Shown: positions 40,266 through 49,070, counted from the first letter of the stretch. The stretch is 64,000 nt of DNA from Porticoccus sp. (GCA_021773405.1 JAJFKD010000037.1:10382-74381), one strand, 5' to 3'. The notes: generated by a model from the sequence alone, not told the origin. Program-made: numbers and translations.

Positions 40266-41444
40266 ATGTCTGATCCAATTGTAATCGTAGGTATGGCAAG
40301 AACGCCTATCGGCAGTATGCAGGGGCAATTTAACGGCGTACCAACAACAGAGCTGGGTGCAGCGGCCATTAAGGCGGCTGTTGAGCGTTCTGGCGTGGCA
40401 CCAGAAAAAATAGGTTCTGTTGATATGGGTTGTTGTTTAACCGCAGGCCTACGTCAAGCACCGGCAAGGCAGGCGGCACTCGGTGCAGGTTTGCCTACAA
40501 GTGTTGGCGCTACTACTTTAAATAAGGTTTGTGGCTCTGGTATGAAAGCGGCAATGAATGCTTGGGATAGTCTGACATTAGGCCACGTTGATGTGGCTGT
40601 GGCAGGTGGTATGGAAAGCATGACTAATGCGCCTTATCTAATGCTTCAAGGCCGTGGTGGTTACCGTTTTGGTGACGCTAAAATTCATGATCATATGACA
40701 TTTGATGGGTTGGAAGATGCTTACAATGGCGAAGCCATGGGCATTTTTGCCGAGATGTGTGTTGATAAATATGAGTTTACACGTGAAGAGCAGGATGCAT
40801 TTGCGATTACTTCTTTAGAGCGTGCGCAAAAAGCCATTGCTGAAGGAAAGTTTGAGCAGGAAATAACGCCTTTTACGGTGAAAACCAGAAGAGGTGAAGT
40901 GGAATACGCTACGGATGAACAGCCAGGAAAAGGAAACCCTGAGAAAATTCCTCAAATGCGCCCCGCATTTAAGAAAGACGGATCTGTAACCGCAGCCAAT
41001 GCCAGCTCCATTAGTGACGGTGCTGCTGCATTAGTGTTGACGCGCTTATCTGTTGCGGAAGAAATGGGCCTCAAGCCATTAGCTAAAGTCTGTGCACACA
41101 CGACGAATTCTCATGAGCCAGAGTGGTTTACTACTGCGCCTGTTGGAGCAATTCAAAAGCTATTGAAAAAAGTAGGCTGGTCGAAGGATGATGTTGATCT
41201 TTATGAGATCAACGAAGCTTTTGCTACGGTGACCATGGCGGCCATGAAAGAATTAGACCTTCCCCATGAGAAGGTGAATGTTCATGGTGGAGCTTGTGCT
41301 CTGGGTCATCCTATTGGTGCGTCCGGTGCTCGTATTATTGTGACGTTACTATCTGCTATGCAAACCTATAAAAAGTCTAAAGGTGTTGCTGGTATATGTA
41401 TTGGTGGCGGTGAAGCAACTGCGTTAGCACTTGAGCTTATGTAG
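40266..41444 (+). CDS. Acetyl-CoA C-acetyltransferase (thiolase II)
   Basis: Active-site regions LNKVCGSGMKA, NVHGGACALGHPIGASG and CIGGGEA; 392 aa. Confidence 0.92.
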   Translation: MSDPIVIVGMARTPIGSMQGQFNGVPTTELGAAAIKAAVERSGVAPEKIGSVDMGCCLTAGLRQAPARQAALGAGLPTSVGATTLNKVCGSGMKAAMNAWDSLTLGHVDVAVAGGMESMTNAPYLMLQGRGGYRFGDAKIHDHMTFDGLEDAYNGEAMGIFAEMCVDKYEFTREEQDAFAITSLERAQKAIAEGKFEQEITPFTVKTRRGEVEYATDEQPGKGNPEKIPQMRPAFKKDGSVTAANASSISDGAAALVLTRLSVAEEMGLKPLAKVCAHTTNSHEPEWFTTAPVGAIQKLLKKVGWSKDDVDLYEINEAFATVTMAAMKELDLPHEKVNVHGGACALGHPIGASGARIIVTLLSAMQTYKKSKGVAGICIGGGEATALALELM

Positions 41445-41464
41445 TTTCTATAGCATTTATGCCA

Positions 41465-41497
41465 TAAAAAAACCGGCCTGATTAGGCCGGTTTTTTT
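41465..41497. terminator. Bidirectional intrinsic terminator between convergent thiolase and dolP
   Basis: AAAAAAACCGGCCT-gatt-AGGCCGGTTTTTTT. Confidence 0.8.
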
Positions 41498-41526
41498 ATA
41501 TTAGTACTTTGATATTAGTAGCCGCG

Positions 41527-42111
41527 CTAATCAATATATTCAAAGACTTTGACCACTCTAGATGCACCACCCGTTTTGCTGGCGATGTGAGCAGCTTTAT
41601 CTGCAGTCGTATGGGTAACTAACCCCATTAGGTAAATCACACTATTTTCTGTGATAACTTTTACTGTAGACGACTTTATCTCTTTATCTGCAATAAGTTT
41701 AGTTTTCACCTTGGTCGATAACCAGGTGTCATTACTGCGAGAAATAAGTGAGGTTGGTCCGCGCACTTGCAACTCGTTGTGTACCTGACGAACACCCCGG
41801 AAATTTCTGGCAGCATCACCAGCAAGGGTTCGAACATCGGCGGATGGGACTTCACCTGTTAGTAGGATAACGCCGTTATAGGAATGAATATTGATGTGGG
41901 CATGTTCAAGATCAGGGTGAGCTTTCTTGATATTAACGCCAATCAGCGTTTCCAGTTGCCAGTCATCGATATCAGTTCCCAGTGATGTATCGGTTGGATC
42001 GGGTTGAATCGGCTCATCAGTGGTGGCATGAATAATACTAGTACAGCCAGTCAAGGTTATAGCTAAAGTACAGCTGCAAATTAACAGTAAAACTGTCAGT
42101 CGTTGCAACAT
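41527..42111 (-). CDS. dolP: Dual-BON-domain outer-membrane lipoprotein DolP (YraP)
   Basis: Lipobox LTGC and two BON domains; 194 aa. Sits in yraM-N-O-P synteny. Confidence 0.88.
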   Translation of the reverse strand: MLQRLTVLLLICSCTLAITLTGCTSIIHATTDEPIQPDPTDTSLGTDIDDWQLETLIGVNIKKAHPDLEHAHINIHSYNGVILLTGEVPSADVRTLAGDAARNFRGVRQVHNELQVRGPTSLISRSNDTWLSTKVKTKLIADKEIKSSTVKVITENSVIYLMGLVTHTTADKAAHIASKTGGASRVVKVFEYID

Positions 42112-42698
42112 TATGCAGTTCCTCCAAACAATTGTTGGTCAATAAGTTCACACAGGCAAAAAAGGCTTAACATCTGAATTTCAGTAATTCTATGGGGGTC
42201 GGGATTGTTTATTCTGATTTCTATATCTTCGCCACTCAGTAAAGCAGATAAATCAGTATCCCCGCTTCCGGTAAAACCGATAACAGACATGGATCGATCA
42301 TGCGCGGTTTGGATGGCTTGAACCAGATTGCTGGGGTTGGTTCCATGGCTAAATAGAATGAGCACATCACCAGGCTGCCCTAGGGTACGAACCTGTTTGC
42401 TAAAGACTTCGCTCATGCTGTGGTGATGTCCAATAGCAGTGATGGTGGCGCTGTTGCTATTAAGGGCAATTGCAGGAAAACCGGGGCGTTCTAACTGGTA
42501 TTGGAGCATGAGAGATTGAGTTAGCATGTTGGACAGGGATGCTGAAAGCCCGTTACCACAGCTTAAAATTTTACGTTCTTGAAGTAATTGTTCAACAACA
42601 CGGGTACTAGCATTTGCTATGAGCGGCGCCAGCATTTCACCACAAGCCATCTTTGCTTCAATGCTTTGGTGAAATAACTCTATAACACTAGATTCCAT
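42111..42698 (-). CDS. diaA: SIS-domain protein DiaA / GmhA-like (YraO)
   Basis: SIS fold (ILSCGNGLSAS, GDVLILFS); 195 aa. It lies between yraN and dolP. Confidence 0.82.
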   Translation of the reverse strand: MESSVIELFHQSIEAKMACGEMLAPLIANASTRVVEQLLQERKILSCGNGLSASLSNMLTQSLMLQYQLERPGFPAIALNSNSATITAIGHHHSMSEVFSKQVRTLGQPGDVLILFSHGTNPSNLVQAIQTAHDRSMSVIGFTGSGDTDLSALLSGEDIEIRINNPDPHRITEIQMLSLFCLCELIDQQLFGGTA

Positions 42699-42734
42699 AA
42701 CTTTTATTGGTGCTCACTAGGGCATAGGTTTTGT

Positions 42735-43132
42735 TTATATTGAAGAGCTAAACGCATTGGGTATCCATTCTACCTGATACTGATTGCTGTTGTCGGGGTC
42801 TAAATCTAAACATATTGCATCAAACCGACATTGGACTTTGTCCCATAAACCTTCCGCTTGTAGGTAAGCATGGGCAGCTTTTAGTATGCGTTGTTGTTTC
42901 CTTCCACTGATACTTTCTTTCGCACTACCATGGCTGTTCGTACTTCGCAGTCGAACCTCAACAAAAACCAGGGTTTCTCTATCGTACATGATGAGATCTA
43001 TTTCACCTTGAGGTGTACGAAAATTGTTCTTTGCCTTTTTTAGGCCGCGTTGTTCGAGATAAGTTTGAGCCCATAATTCAGCTTGGGTTCCAAGGGGAGT
43101 CTCAGAATTTTTCCTTTTTTTAAAAATGTCAT
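42735..43132 (-). CDS. yraN: UPF0102 family endonuclease YraN; full-length product needs a -1 frame change in an A7 tract (43115-43121), otherwise it is truncated or a pseudogene
   Basis: ATG 42989 gives only 84 aa. The conserved N-terminal segment (..AELWAQTYLEQRGL..GEIDLIM) continues upstream in the same frame without any ATG/GTG/TTG. ATG 43132, which has AAGGA upstream, is one frame off. Confidence 0.6.
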
Positions 43133-43232
43133 AATCCTTTTTTCTGACAATGATGAGTACTTTTTATTTGATGCAGTATTTTTTAATTAAATACAATGTC
43201 ATTTTAATGAATAAGGTACTTAGTTTTTCCTG

Positions 43233-45149
43233 CTATTTTTCTGTGAGTTGTTGAGCAGATCGAACTTTTCCACCGCGAAATACAGCCCATGGTTGTTCTC
43301 GCTCAATGGCTCCTTGATTATTGAGTTGTAGGGTGCCAGTACTGCCAAAGAGCTGAGTGCTTGGTTGTTCTACCATTTGCTCTAACCATTGGTGAAGATG
43401 ATAAGCATCAATACCTAGGGCAAAAATATGTCGATAAAGTGGTGGAAGATCTGTTGCAGGTTGTAGTTTCTCATCTGTGCTACCAGGGAGTGTCCAAGGC
43501 ATTGCACTAAATCTTATGCCCTCCAGATCTCGGTTTCGACCTTTATTTTCTTCCCCGGTATAAAGGTGAGAGGTGCCATAAATTTGTAAGTCGCGTGCAA
43601 AAAGAAAATCCAGTGTAGGCTTGATCTGTCGTGCATGGTCTGGATATGCAGCCATAAACACCATGTCCAGATCCTGACGCCTCCTAGGTGTATGGTTTAA
43701 AGATTTCCCAAGTACTTGCTGCAATCTTTTTTTGCGAGTATCACTTTGATCGATGTGAAGTGCCGGTTTAAGCAGTGGTGCGAAGTCAGTTTGCGCAGTC
43801 CCATATGGAGTAGACTCGACTAGAATGCCCCCCTTTTCTTCCCAGCGCTCACGAAAGGCCGCTAATGTCCTGGCACCCCAGCTGCTATTGGGGGTTATAG
43901 TTAATGCAGAGCGCTGTCCTTCTATCCATGCTCTATCAGCTATTTGTCTTGCTTCATCGGTTGCCGATAGCCCGAATTGGAAGAAATTAGAGTGGTGTAT
44001 AGGTGATAGAGAGGGTGTTTCCAGGTAATTTAAGGCAATTGTGGGCACAGGTATTGCGGGTAAATTGGCCAGCTGTAAAACCTTCTTTTTTTGCACTGGG
44101 CCAATGATTAATTCTGCGCCATCTGTTACCGCTTGCTGATAGATTACTGAGATATCGTCTTCCATGGCTGTGTCATAGAAACGAACATGTGGGGTGTCTC
44201 CACCACGTTTATGGACTTCGTAGAATGTTGCAAGAAAGCCGCTGCGGATGGCTTTTCCTGCCTGGGCAAGGCTGCCTTGAAGTGGCAATAGCAGGGCAAT
44301 ATTTTGGGGAACATTGCCGGCAGTTTTTTGTATGGAGGTGAGGATTGATGGTGGTGTCATCGATGCAGGGTGGTCAGCCCATGATCTTTGCCACTCAGCT
44401 ATTTTATCTAGTTGTTGTCTAACATCGCCTTGGTTTTTTCGGGTGATATTGGCCAGTGAATACCACCCTAAAACTGTTCGATTAGTTTCATTGGAGGCGA
44501 GCGCTTCCATTTTGTCGTGGGGTATGTGGGTTAGGACCAGCCAGATTTTTTCATGTGCTTCTTGACGTTGTTGGTCTGAACTGGATATTTCAGATAATTC
44601 AATCAGTGCCATTAAGCTTTTTGTATCTTCTCCTAACAGAGCAAACAGTTCTCCGCGTAGTTGAAGCCACTTCTGTTGTTGTGCTGTCGAGAGTTGCTCT
44701 TTGATCTCAGCCATTCGGCTGTTAGATAACAACTGTCGAGCAACAAAAAACCGATCGTTAGCCAGCGCTAGCTCAGCGTAGAGTAAGCTGTACTCAGCAA
44801 ATTTATTTGCGGGAAGCTCTGATGCGGCAATGGTTTCAAGGGTCGATAGGGCCTTTTGATGTTGCTGCGTATTAGCAAAAAGTTGGGCTGCTTGCAGTTG
44901 GTGCAGTTCTCGTTGGGGTGATATGCTGCTGGCCGCCAGTAATAGTGCTTGGTCTGCTGCCTCTAGAGCTTTTTGTTTTGGCGGCTTTTCTGAAACAGTC
45001 GAGACTGATTGCTGGGTACAGCCGGTGGAAAAGAGCACGAATAGGCTAAGGGCCAATAGTGTGCCCCCTGTTTTTATTGTGACGCCTATTTTTTTGGTGA
45101 TAGTTATTTTCCTGGCGATACTTTTTTTTCTGGTAATAGTCTTCAGCAT
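43233..45149 (-). CDS. lpoA: Penicillin-binding protein activator LpoA (YraM)
   Basis: Lipobox LFSTGC, an N-terminal TPR-like domain and a C-terminal periplasmic-binding-protein-like domain; 638 aa. It is divergent from rsmI. Confidence 0.85.
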   Translation of the reverse strand: MLKTITRKKSIARKITITKKIGVTIKTGGTLLALSLFVLFSTGCTQQSVSTVSEKPPKQKALEAADQALLLAASSISPQRELHQLQAAQLFANTQQHQKALSTLETIAASELPANKFAEYSLLYAELALANDRFFVARQLLSNSRMAEIKEQLSTAQQQKWLQLRGELFALLGEDTKSLMALIELSEISSSDQQRQEAHEKIWLVLTHIPHDKMEALASNETNRTVLGWYSLANITRKNQGDVRQQLDKIAEWQRSWADHPASMTPPSILTSIQKTAGNVPQNIALLLPLQGSLAQAGKAIRSGFLATFYEVHKRGGDTPHVRFYDTAMEDDISVIYQQAVTDGAELIIGPVQKKKVLQLANLPAIPVPTIALNYLETPSLSPIHHSNFFQFGLSATDEARQIADRAWIEGQRSALTITPNSSWGARTLAAFRERWEEKGGILVESTPYGTAQTDFAPLLKPALHIDQSDTRKKRLQQVLGKSLNHTPRRRQDLDMVFMAAYPDHARQIKPTLDFLFARDLQIYGTSHLYTGEENKGRNRDLEGIRFSAMPWTLPGSTDEKLQPATDLPPLYRHIFALGIDAYHLHQWLEQMVEQPSTQLFGSTGTLQLNNQGAIEREQPWAVFRGGKVRSAQQLTEK

Positions 45150-45163
45150 TGGTGTCTTGTCTT

Positions 45164-46006
45164 ATGGCGGGTGAATTATATGTAGTGGCAACGCCGATAG
45201 GTAATCTGGGTGATATGGTACCCCGTGCTGTGGAGGTTCTCCAAGCTGTAGATGTCATTGCAGCAGAAGATACTCGCCACAGTGGCCGTTTAATGAGCCA
45301 TCTTGGAATAAAAACACCGCTGATTGCCTATCATGACCATAGCGATGATAGGAAAGTCGACAAGCTTGTTGAAATTCTGAAGCAAGGTAAATCCGTAGCA
45401 TTAATCTCCGATGCCGGCACGCCGCTTATTTCAGACCCGGGCTATAAATTGGTTCGGATGGTTAGGCAGCAGGGATATAAAGTGGTTCCTATCCCTGGCC
45501 CCTGTGCTCTTGTGGCTGCGATTTGTGCATCGGGGATACCGAGTGATCGCTTCACTTTTGAAGGGTTTACTCCTGCAAAGTCTTCTGCCCGAATAAAAGT
45601 TTTGCAAAGTTTGGCAGAAGAGCCGCGAACACTTGTTTTTTATGAATCTCCCCATCGTATTGTTCAGACTCTCGAGGATATGGTGAGTGTTTTTGGGGAA
45701 AGTCGTCAAATGGTGATGGCGCGTGAACTGACAAAGACCTATGAAACATTTTTGGCGGGAACATTAGCTGAGGTTCATAGGCAAGTAGTTTCAGATTCAA
45801 ATCAGCAAAAAGGTGAAATTGTTCTTATCTTAAAGGGCGCTGATGCAGAGGAAGGTGTTGATGATGTGGAACAACAGCGAGTGCTTTCTCTGCTTTTAGA
45901 TGAGCTGCCTTTAAAGCAAGCGGCAGCTTTAGCAGCAAAAATTACTGGAGGGCAAAAAAATGCGCTGTACCAGATGGCGCTTGATCTAAAAAAGGCATCG
46001 ACCTAA
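45164..46006 (+). CDS. rsmI: 16S rRNA (cytidine1402-2'-O)-methyltransferase
   Basis: LYVVATPIGNLGDM, AEDTRHS, SDAGTPLISDPG. I prefer ATG 45164 over the TTG at 45149. Confidence 0.92.
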   Translation: MAGELYVVATPIGNLGDMVPRAVEVLQAVDVIAAEDTRHSGRLMSHLGIKTPLIAYHDHSDDRKVDKLVEILKQGKSVALISDAGTPLISDPGYKLVRMVRQQGYKVVPIPGPCALVAAICASGIPSDRFTFEGFTPAKSSARIKVLQSLAEEPRTLVFYESPHRIVQTLEDMVSVFGESRQMVMARELTKTYETFLAGTLAEVHRQVVSDSNQQKGEIVLILKGADAEEGVDDVEQQRVLSLLLDELPLKQAAALAAKITGGQKNALYQMALDLKKAST

Positions 46007-46016
46007 AGAGCGTTAC

Positions 46017-46724
46017 CTAAGCAATGCTAGCTAGTGCAATCGTGTCTGGGTTCATGCGTTTAATTGTGCGCTCACTTTCTGATGGTCTTTTGGCTTCACA
46101 CCATTCCGCAATTTTAAGAACGTCTGTTTTTTCATTCTCGTAATGAGAGCCATCCATCTCAAAAACACCGAGCCCTCTTGAAGCGGCTTGTGTGTAGTTT
46201 CGGGTGTCTCGCAGGTGAGCAATAACCGGTAGGTTTAACTGCTTAGATAATTTGTCAGCAATTTTCTTAAACTCAGAAGATTTTGTTGTTCGGTTGATGA
46301 TCAGGGCAATATTTTTCTGAGAGGGGAGTATGCGTCTAAGGTGCTGCACGGTATTTACAACGGCATGTAAATCAAACTCCGAAGGCAGTACGGGTATTAA
46401 AATAGCCGATGCTTCTCTAAGAAGCGGGCTGAGGTTTGTTAAGTCCGGACGTGCTGGTGTGTCGAGAATCAATGCTTCAGTATTTCGTGGTGGTTGGATT
46501 GCCCAGCTTCTGGTCACATTGTGAGGGCTGTTATGAGCATCGACTAGCTGAATTTCCGAAGCGTTTTCTGGGCGCTTGTGTGCCCAAAACACGCTAGAAC
46601 CCTGCGGGTCTAGGTCCATCAATGTGGTGACTTCACCACATCTACTGAAATAGCTCGCTAGATTTGTTGAAAGGGTGGTTTTTCCTGATCCACCTTTTGG
46701 GTTCATCACAACGATTCTCAACAT
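46017..46724 (-). CDS. Orphan ParA/MinD-family P-loop ATPase
   Basis: Deviant Walker A NPKGGSGKTT, plus LDLDPQGS and LILDTPA. 235 aa with a roughly 40-aa non-ParA C-terminal tail. No partner gene is adjacent. Confidence 0.8.
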   Translation of the reverse strand: MLRIVVMNPKGGSGKTTLSTNLASYFSRCGEVTTLMDLDPQGSSVFWAHKRPENASEIQLVDAHNSPHNVTRSWAIQPPRNTEALILDTPARPDLTNLSPLLREASAILIPVLPSEFDLHAVVNTVQHLRRILPSQKNIALIINRTTKSSEFKKIADKLSKQLNLPVIAHLRDTRNYTQAASRGLGVFEMDGSHYENEKTDVLKIAEWCEAKRPSESERTIKRMNPDTIALASIA

Positions 46725-46913
46725 GATTTGTGTCCTGAGTAAAAGTTTATAGCTTAGTTAAGCTCTTTATAGGTTAAAGAGTAACCAATATTTCCTTGCC
46801 GTAATGCCAATTCGGTCAAAAAATCACCAAAAACCAGGTGAGCTATAAACAATTTATAGTTGCTATGGGGATTCGTTACAGTTGCTACAGTATTTCATGG
46901 TAATCTTCCGCCG

Positions 46914-47314
<401 letters not shown>

Positions 47315-47331
47315 TTCTTGCCTTTCTTTTT

Positions 47332-47358
47332 CTTTGTGGTTAATTTTTAACCACAAAG
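47332..47358 (+). terminator. Hairpin just downstream of rnpB
   Basis: CTTTGTGGTTAA-ttt-TTAACCACAAAG, a perfect 12-bp stem. It has no canonical 3' U-tract, so its function is uncertain. Confidence 0.4.
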
Positions 47359-47539
47359 GCTTAAAAAATCTTATTCTTTATATCAAAAATGTCTTTTAGT
47401 TAAGGTGTTACATTAAGTGCCATTTCTATCAAATTGTTTTGTCTAGTGATATATTTTTTGATGAAATAAGATTTGGTTCATTGTTCGCAAGTTGTTGAGT
47501 TTTCAGAACATTTTTCGTGATTTTTGCCCTTTTTTTGCC

Positions 47540-47567
47540 TTGACTTTGGCTTCTGTCAGCATATAGT
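47540..47567 (+). promoter_or_regulatory. Candidate Pmra sigma-70 promoter of the dcw cluster
   Basis: TTGACT (47540-47545), a 16-nt spacer, then TATAGT (47562-47567). Confidence 0.6.
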
Positions 47568-47599
47568 GGCAAAAGTGGGGAAAAGTGGGGCAAAGTGGT
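47566..47599 (+). promoter_or_regulatory. MraZ operator: four phased GTGGN direct repeats
   Basis: GTGGC (47566), GTGGG (47575), GTGGG (47585) and GTGGT (47595), with 9-10 bp phasing. The series overlaps the -10 element and the early transcribed region. Confidence 0.65.
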
Positions 47600-47633
47600 T
47601 TTTTGTCTAAAACAACAAAAATGGGCGAAAGCA

Positions 47634-48089
47634 TTGTTCAGAGGTAACAACGAAATCAATATGGATACCAAGGGTCGCATGGCGATTCCCGCTCGGTATC
47701 GCGATGCTCTGGATGCTTCCAGTGGTGGTTGCCTGATCGCCACAATTGATATTCAGGATAAGTGCCTGTTGATATACCCCCTCGATGAGTGGGAAAAAAT
47801 TGAAGCTCAAATTGCTGAGTTGCCCTCATTTAATCCAACCACGCGTAAGTTGCAAAGAATATTAATCGGTCATGCTCGAGAAATGGAATTTGATGGCAAT
47901 GGCCGTGTTTTGATTCCGCCAGAGTTAAGGCAATACGCTCAGCTTGAGAAAAAGGTGATGTTGGTTGGACAGCGACACCGCTTTGAATTGTGGAGTGAGG
48001 AAAACTGGAATGCAGGCAGAGATGATTGGCTTGCAGAGACCAATGGTGATCTGGAAATCCCAGAAGAAATGCAGTCTCTTTCATTATAA
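47634..48089 (+). CDS. mraZ: Transcriptional regulator MraZ
   Basis: The ORF opens at GTG 47595, but the family N-terminus MFRG..N.D.KGR aligns with TTG 47634 (FRGNNEINMDTKGRMAIPARYR); 151 aa. Confidence 0.88.
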   Translation: MFRGNNEINMDTKGRMAIPARYRDALDASSGGCLIATIDIQDKCLLIYPLDEWEKIEAQIAELPSFNPTTRKLQRILIGHAREMEFDGNGRVLIPPELRQYAQLEKKVMLVGQRHRFELWSEENWNAGRDDWLAETNGDLEIPEEMQSLSL

Positions 48090-48134
48090 AGGCTGGTCTT
48101 TATAACTCTGTGGTTTGGGGTAGAAGGTAGAAGT

Positions 48135-49070
48135 ATGTCGGCACATGTCGAGCATGAAACAGTTTTATTGGATGAGGCTGTTGCCGAGTTGATTACAGAC
48201 CCTAGTGGTTTGTATGTGGATGGTACTTTTGGTCGTGGTGGGCATTCTTCTCTTATTTTGTCCCGCTTGGAAAATCAGGGTCGATTGATTGCTATTGATA
48301 AGGATCCTGAAGCTTGTGCCGTAGCTGTTGAGCGATTTGGTGAGGATTCAAGGTTTGAAATTGTGCAGGCCTCCTTTGCTGATATGAATGAACTGGTAGC
48401 AAAAAAGCAAATGCTGGGTTCTGTAACGGGTGTATTGCTTGATCTAGGGGTGTCATCACCTCAGCTGGATGACCCTGAAAGGGGTTTTAGTTTTCTACGT
48501 GATGGGCCATTAGATATGCGAATGAACCCGGATGAGGGGGTAAGTGCAGCAGAGTGGCTCTCAAAAGCTGAAGAGGCTGATATTTCCAAAGTGCTTAGGA
48601 ATTATGGTGAAGAGCGTTATGCGAGGCGCATAGCGCGCGCAATTGTTGAGGCTCGTAAAGAGGAGTCTATTACTCGCACGGCGCAACTGGCCGCTATTGT
48701 GAAAGAGGCCAATCCATCTTGGGAAAAGGGCAAGCATCCTGCTACACGCGCTTTTCAGGGAATACGTATTTTCATCAATAAAGAATTGGAAGACTTGGAA
48801 AGCCTGTTGTCCGATGTGCTTGAGATGTTGGAAATTGGCGGTCGTTTGGTGGTGATCAGTTTCCATTCTTTAGAAGACAGAATTGTGAAGCGCTTTATTC
48901 GTGAACAAGAGAGGGGTAAGCCAATTCCTCGTGGGTTGCCTGTTATGGAAAAAGATATTGTTCGCCGAATGCGTTCAGTGGGTAAAGCGAGAAAGCCCGG
49001 TGAAAAAGAAGTTCAGGCGAATATCCGCGCAAGAAGTGCGGTGATGCGAGTTGCAGAAAAGGTAGCTTGA
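48135..49070 (+). CDS. rsmH: 16S rRNA (cytosine1402-N4)-methyltransferase
   Basis: HETVLLDEAV, DGTFGRGGHS, DLGVSSPQLD and ISFHSLEDR; 311 aa. Confidence 0.95.
   Translation: MSAHVEHETVLLDEAVAELITDPSGLYVDGTFGRGGHSSLILSRLENQGRLIAIDKDPEACAVAVERFGEDSRFEIVQASFADMNELVAKKQMLGSVTGVLLDLGVSSPQLDDPERGFSFLRDGPLDMRMNPDEGVSAAEWLSKAEEADISKVLRNYGEERYARRIARAIVEARKEESITRTAQLAAIVKEANPSWEKGKHPATRAFQGIRIFINKELEDLESLLSDVLEMLEIGGRLVVISFHSLEDRIVKRFIREQERGKPIPRGLPVMEKDIVRRMRSVGKARKPGEKEVQANIRARSAVMRVAEKVA

Noticed and set aside
43091-43093. A TTG that I first took as the yraN start codon.
   Set aside because: Careful codon counting shows it is out of frame: the in-frame codon there is CTT (43094-43092). This led to the frameshift finding instead.
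47429-47743. A 104-aa minus-strand ORF spanning the mraZ promoter and 5' end.
   Set aside because: It overlaps the Pmra promoter, the operator and the mraZ coding start, and its product is low-complexity and arbitrary. It is spurious.
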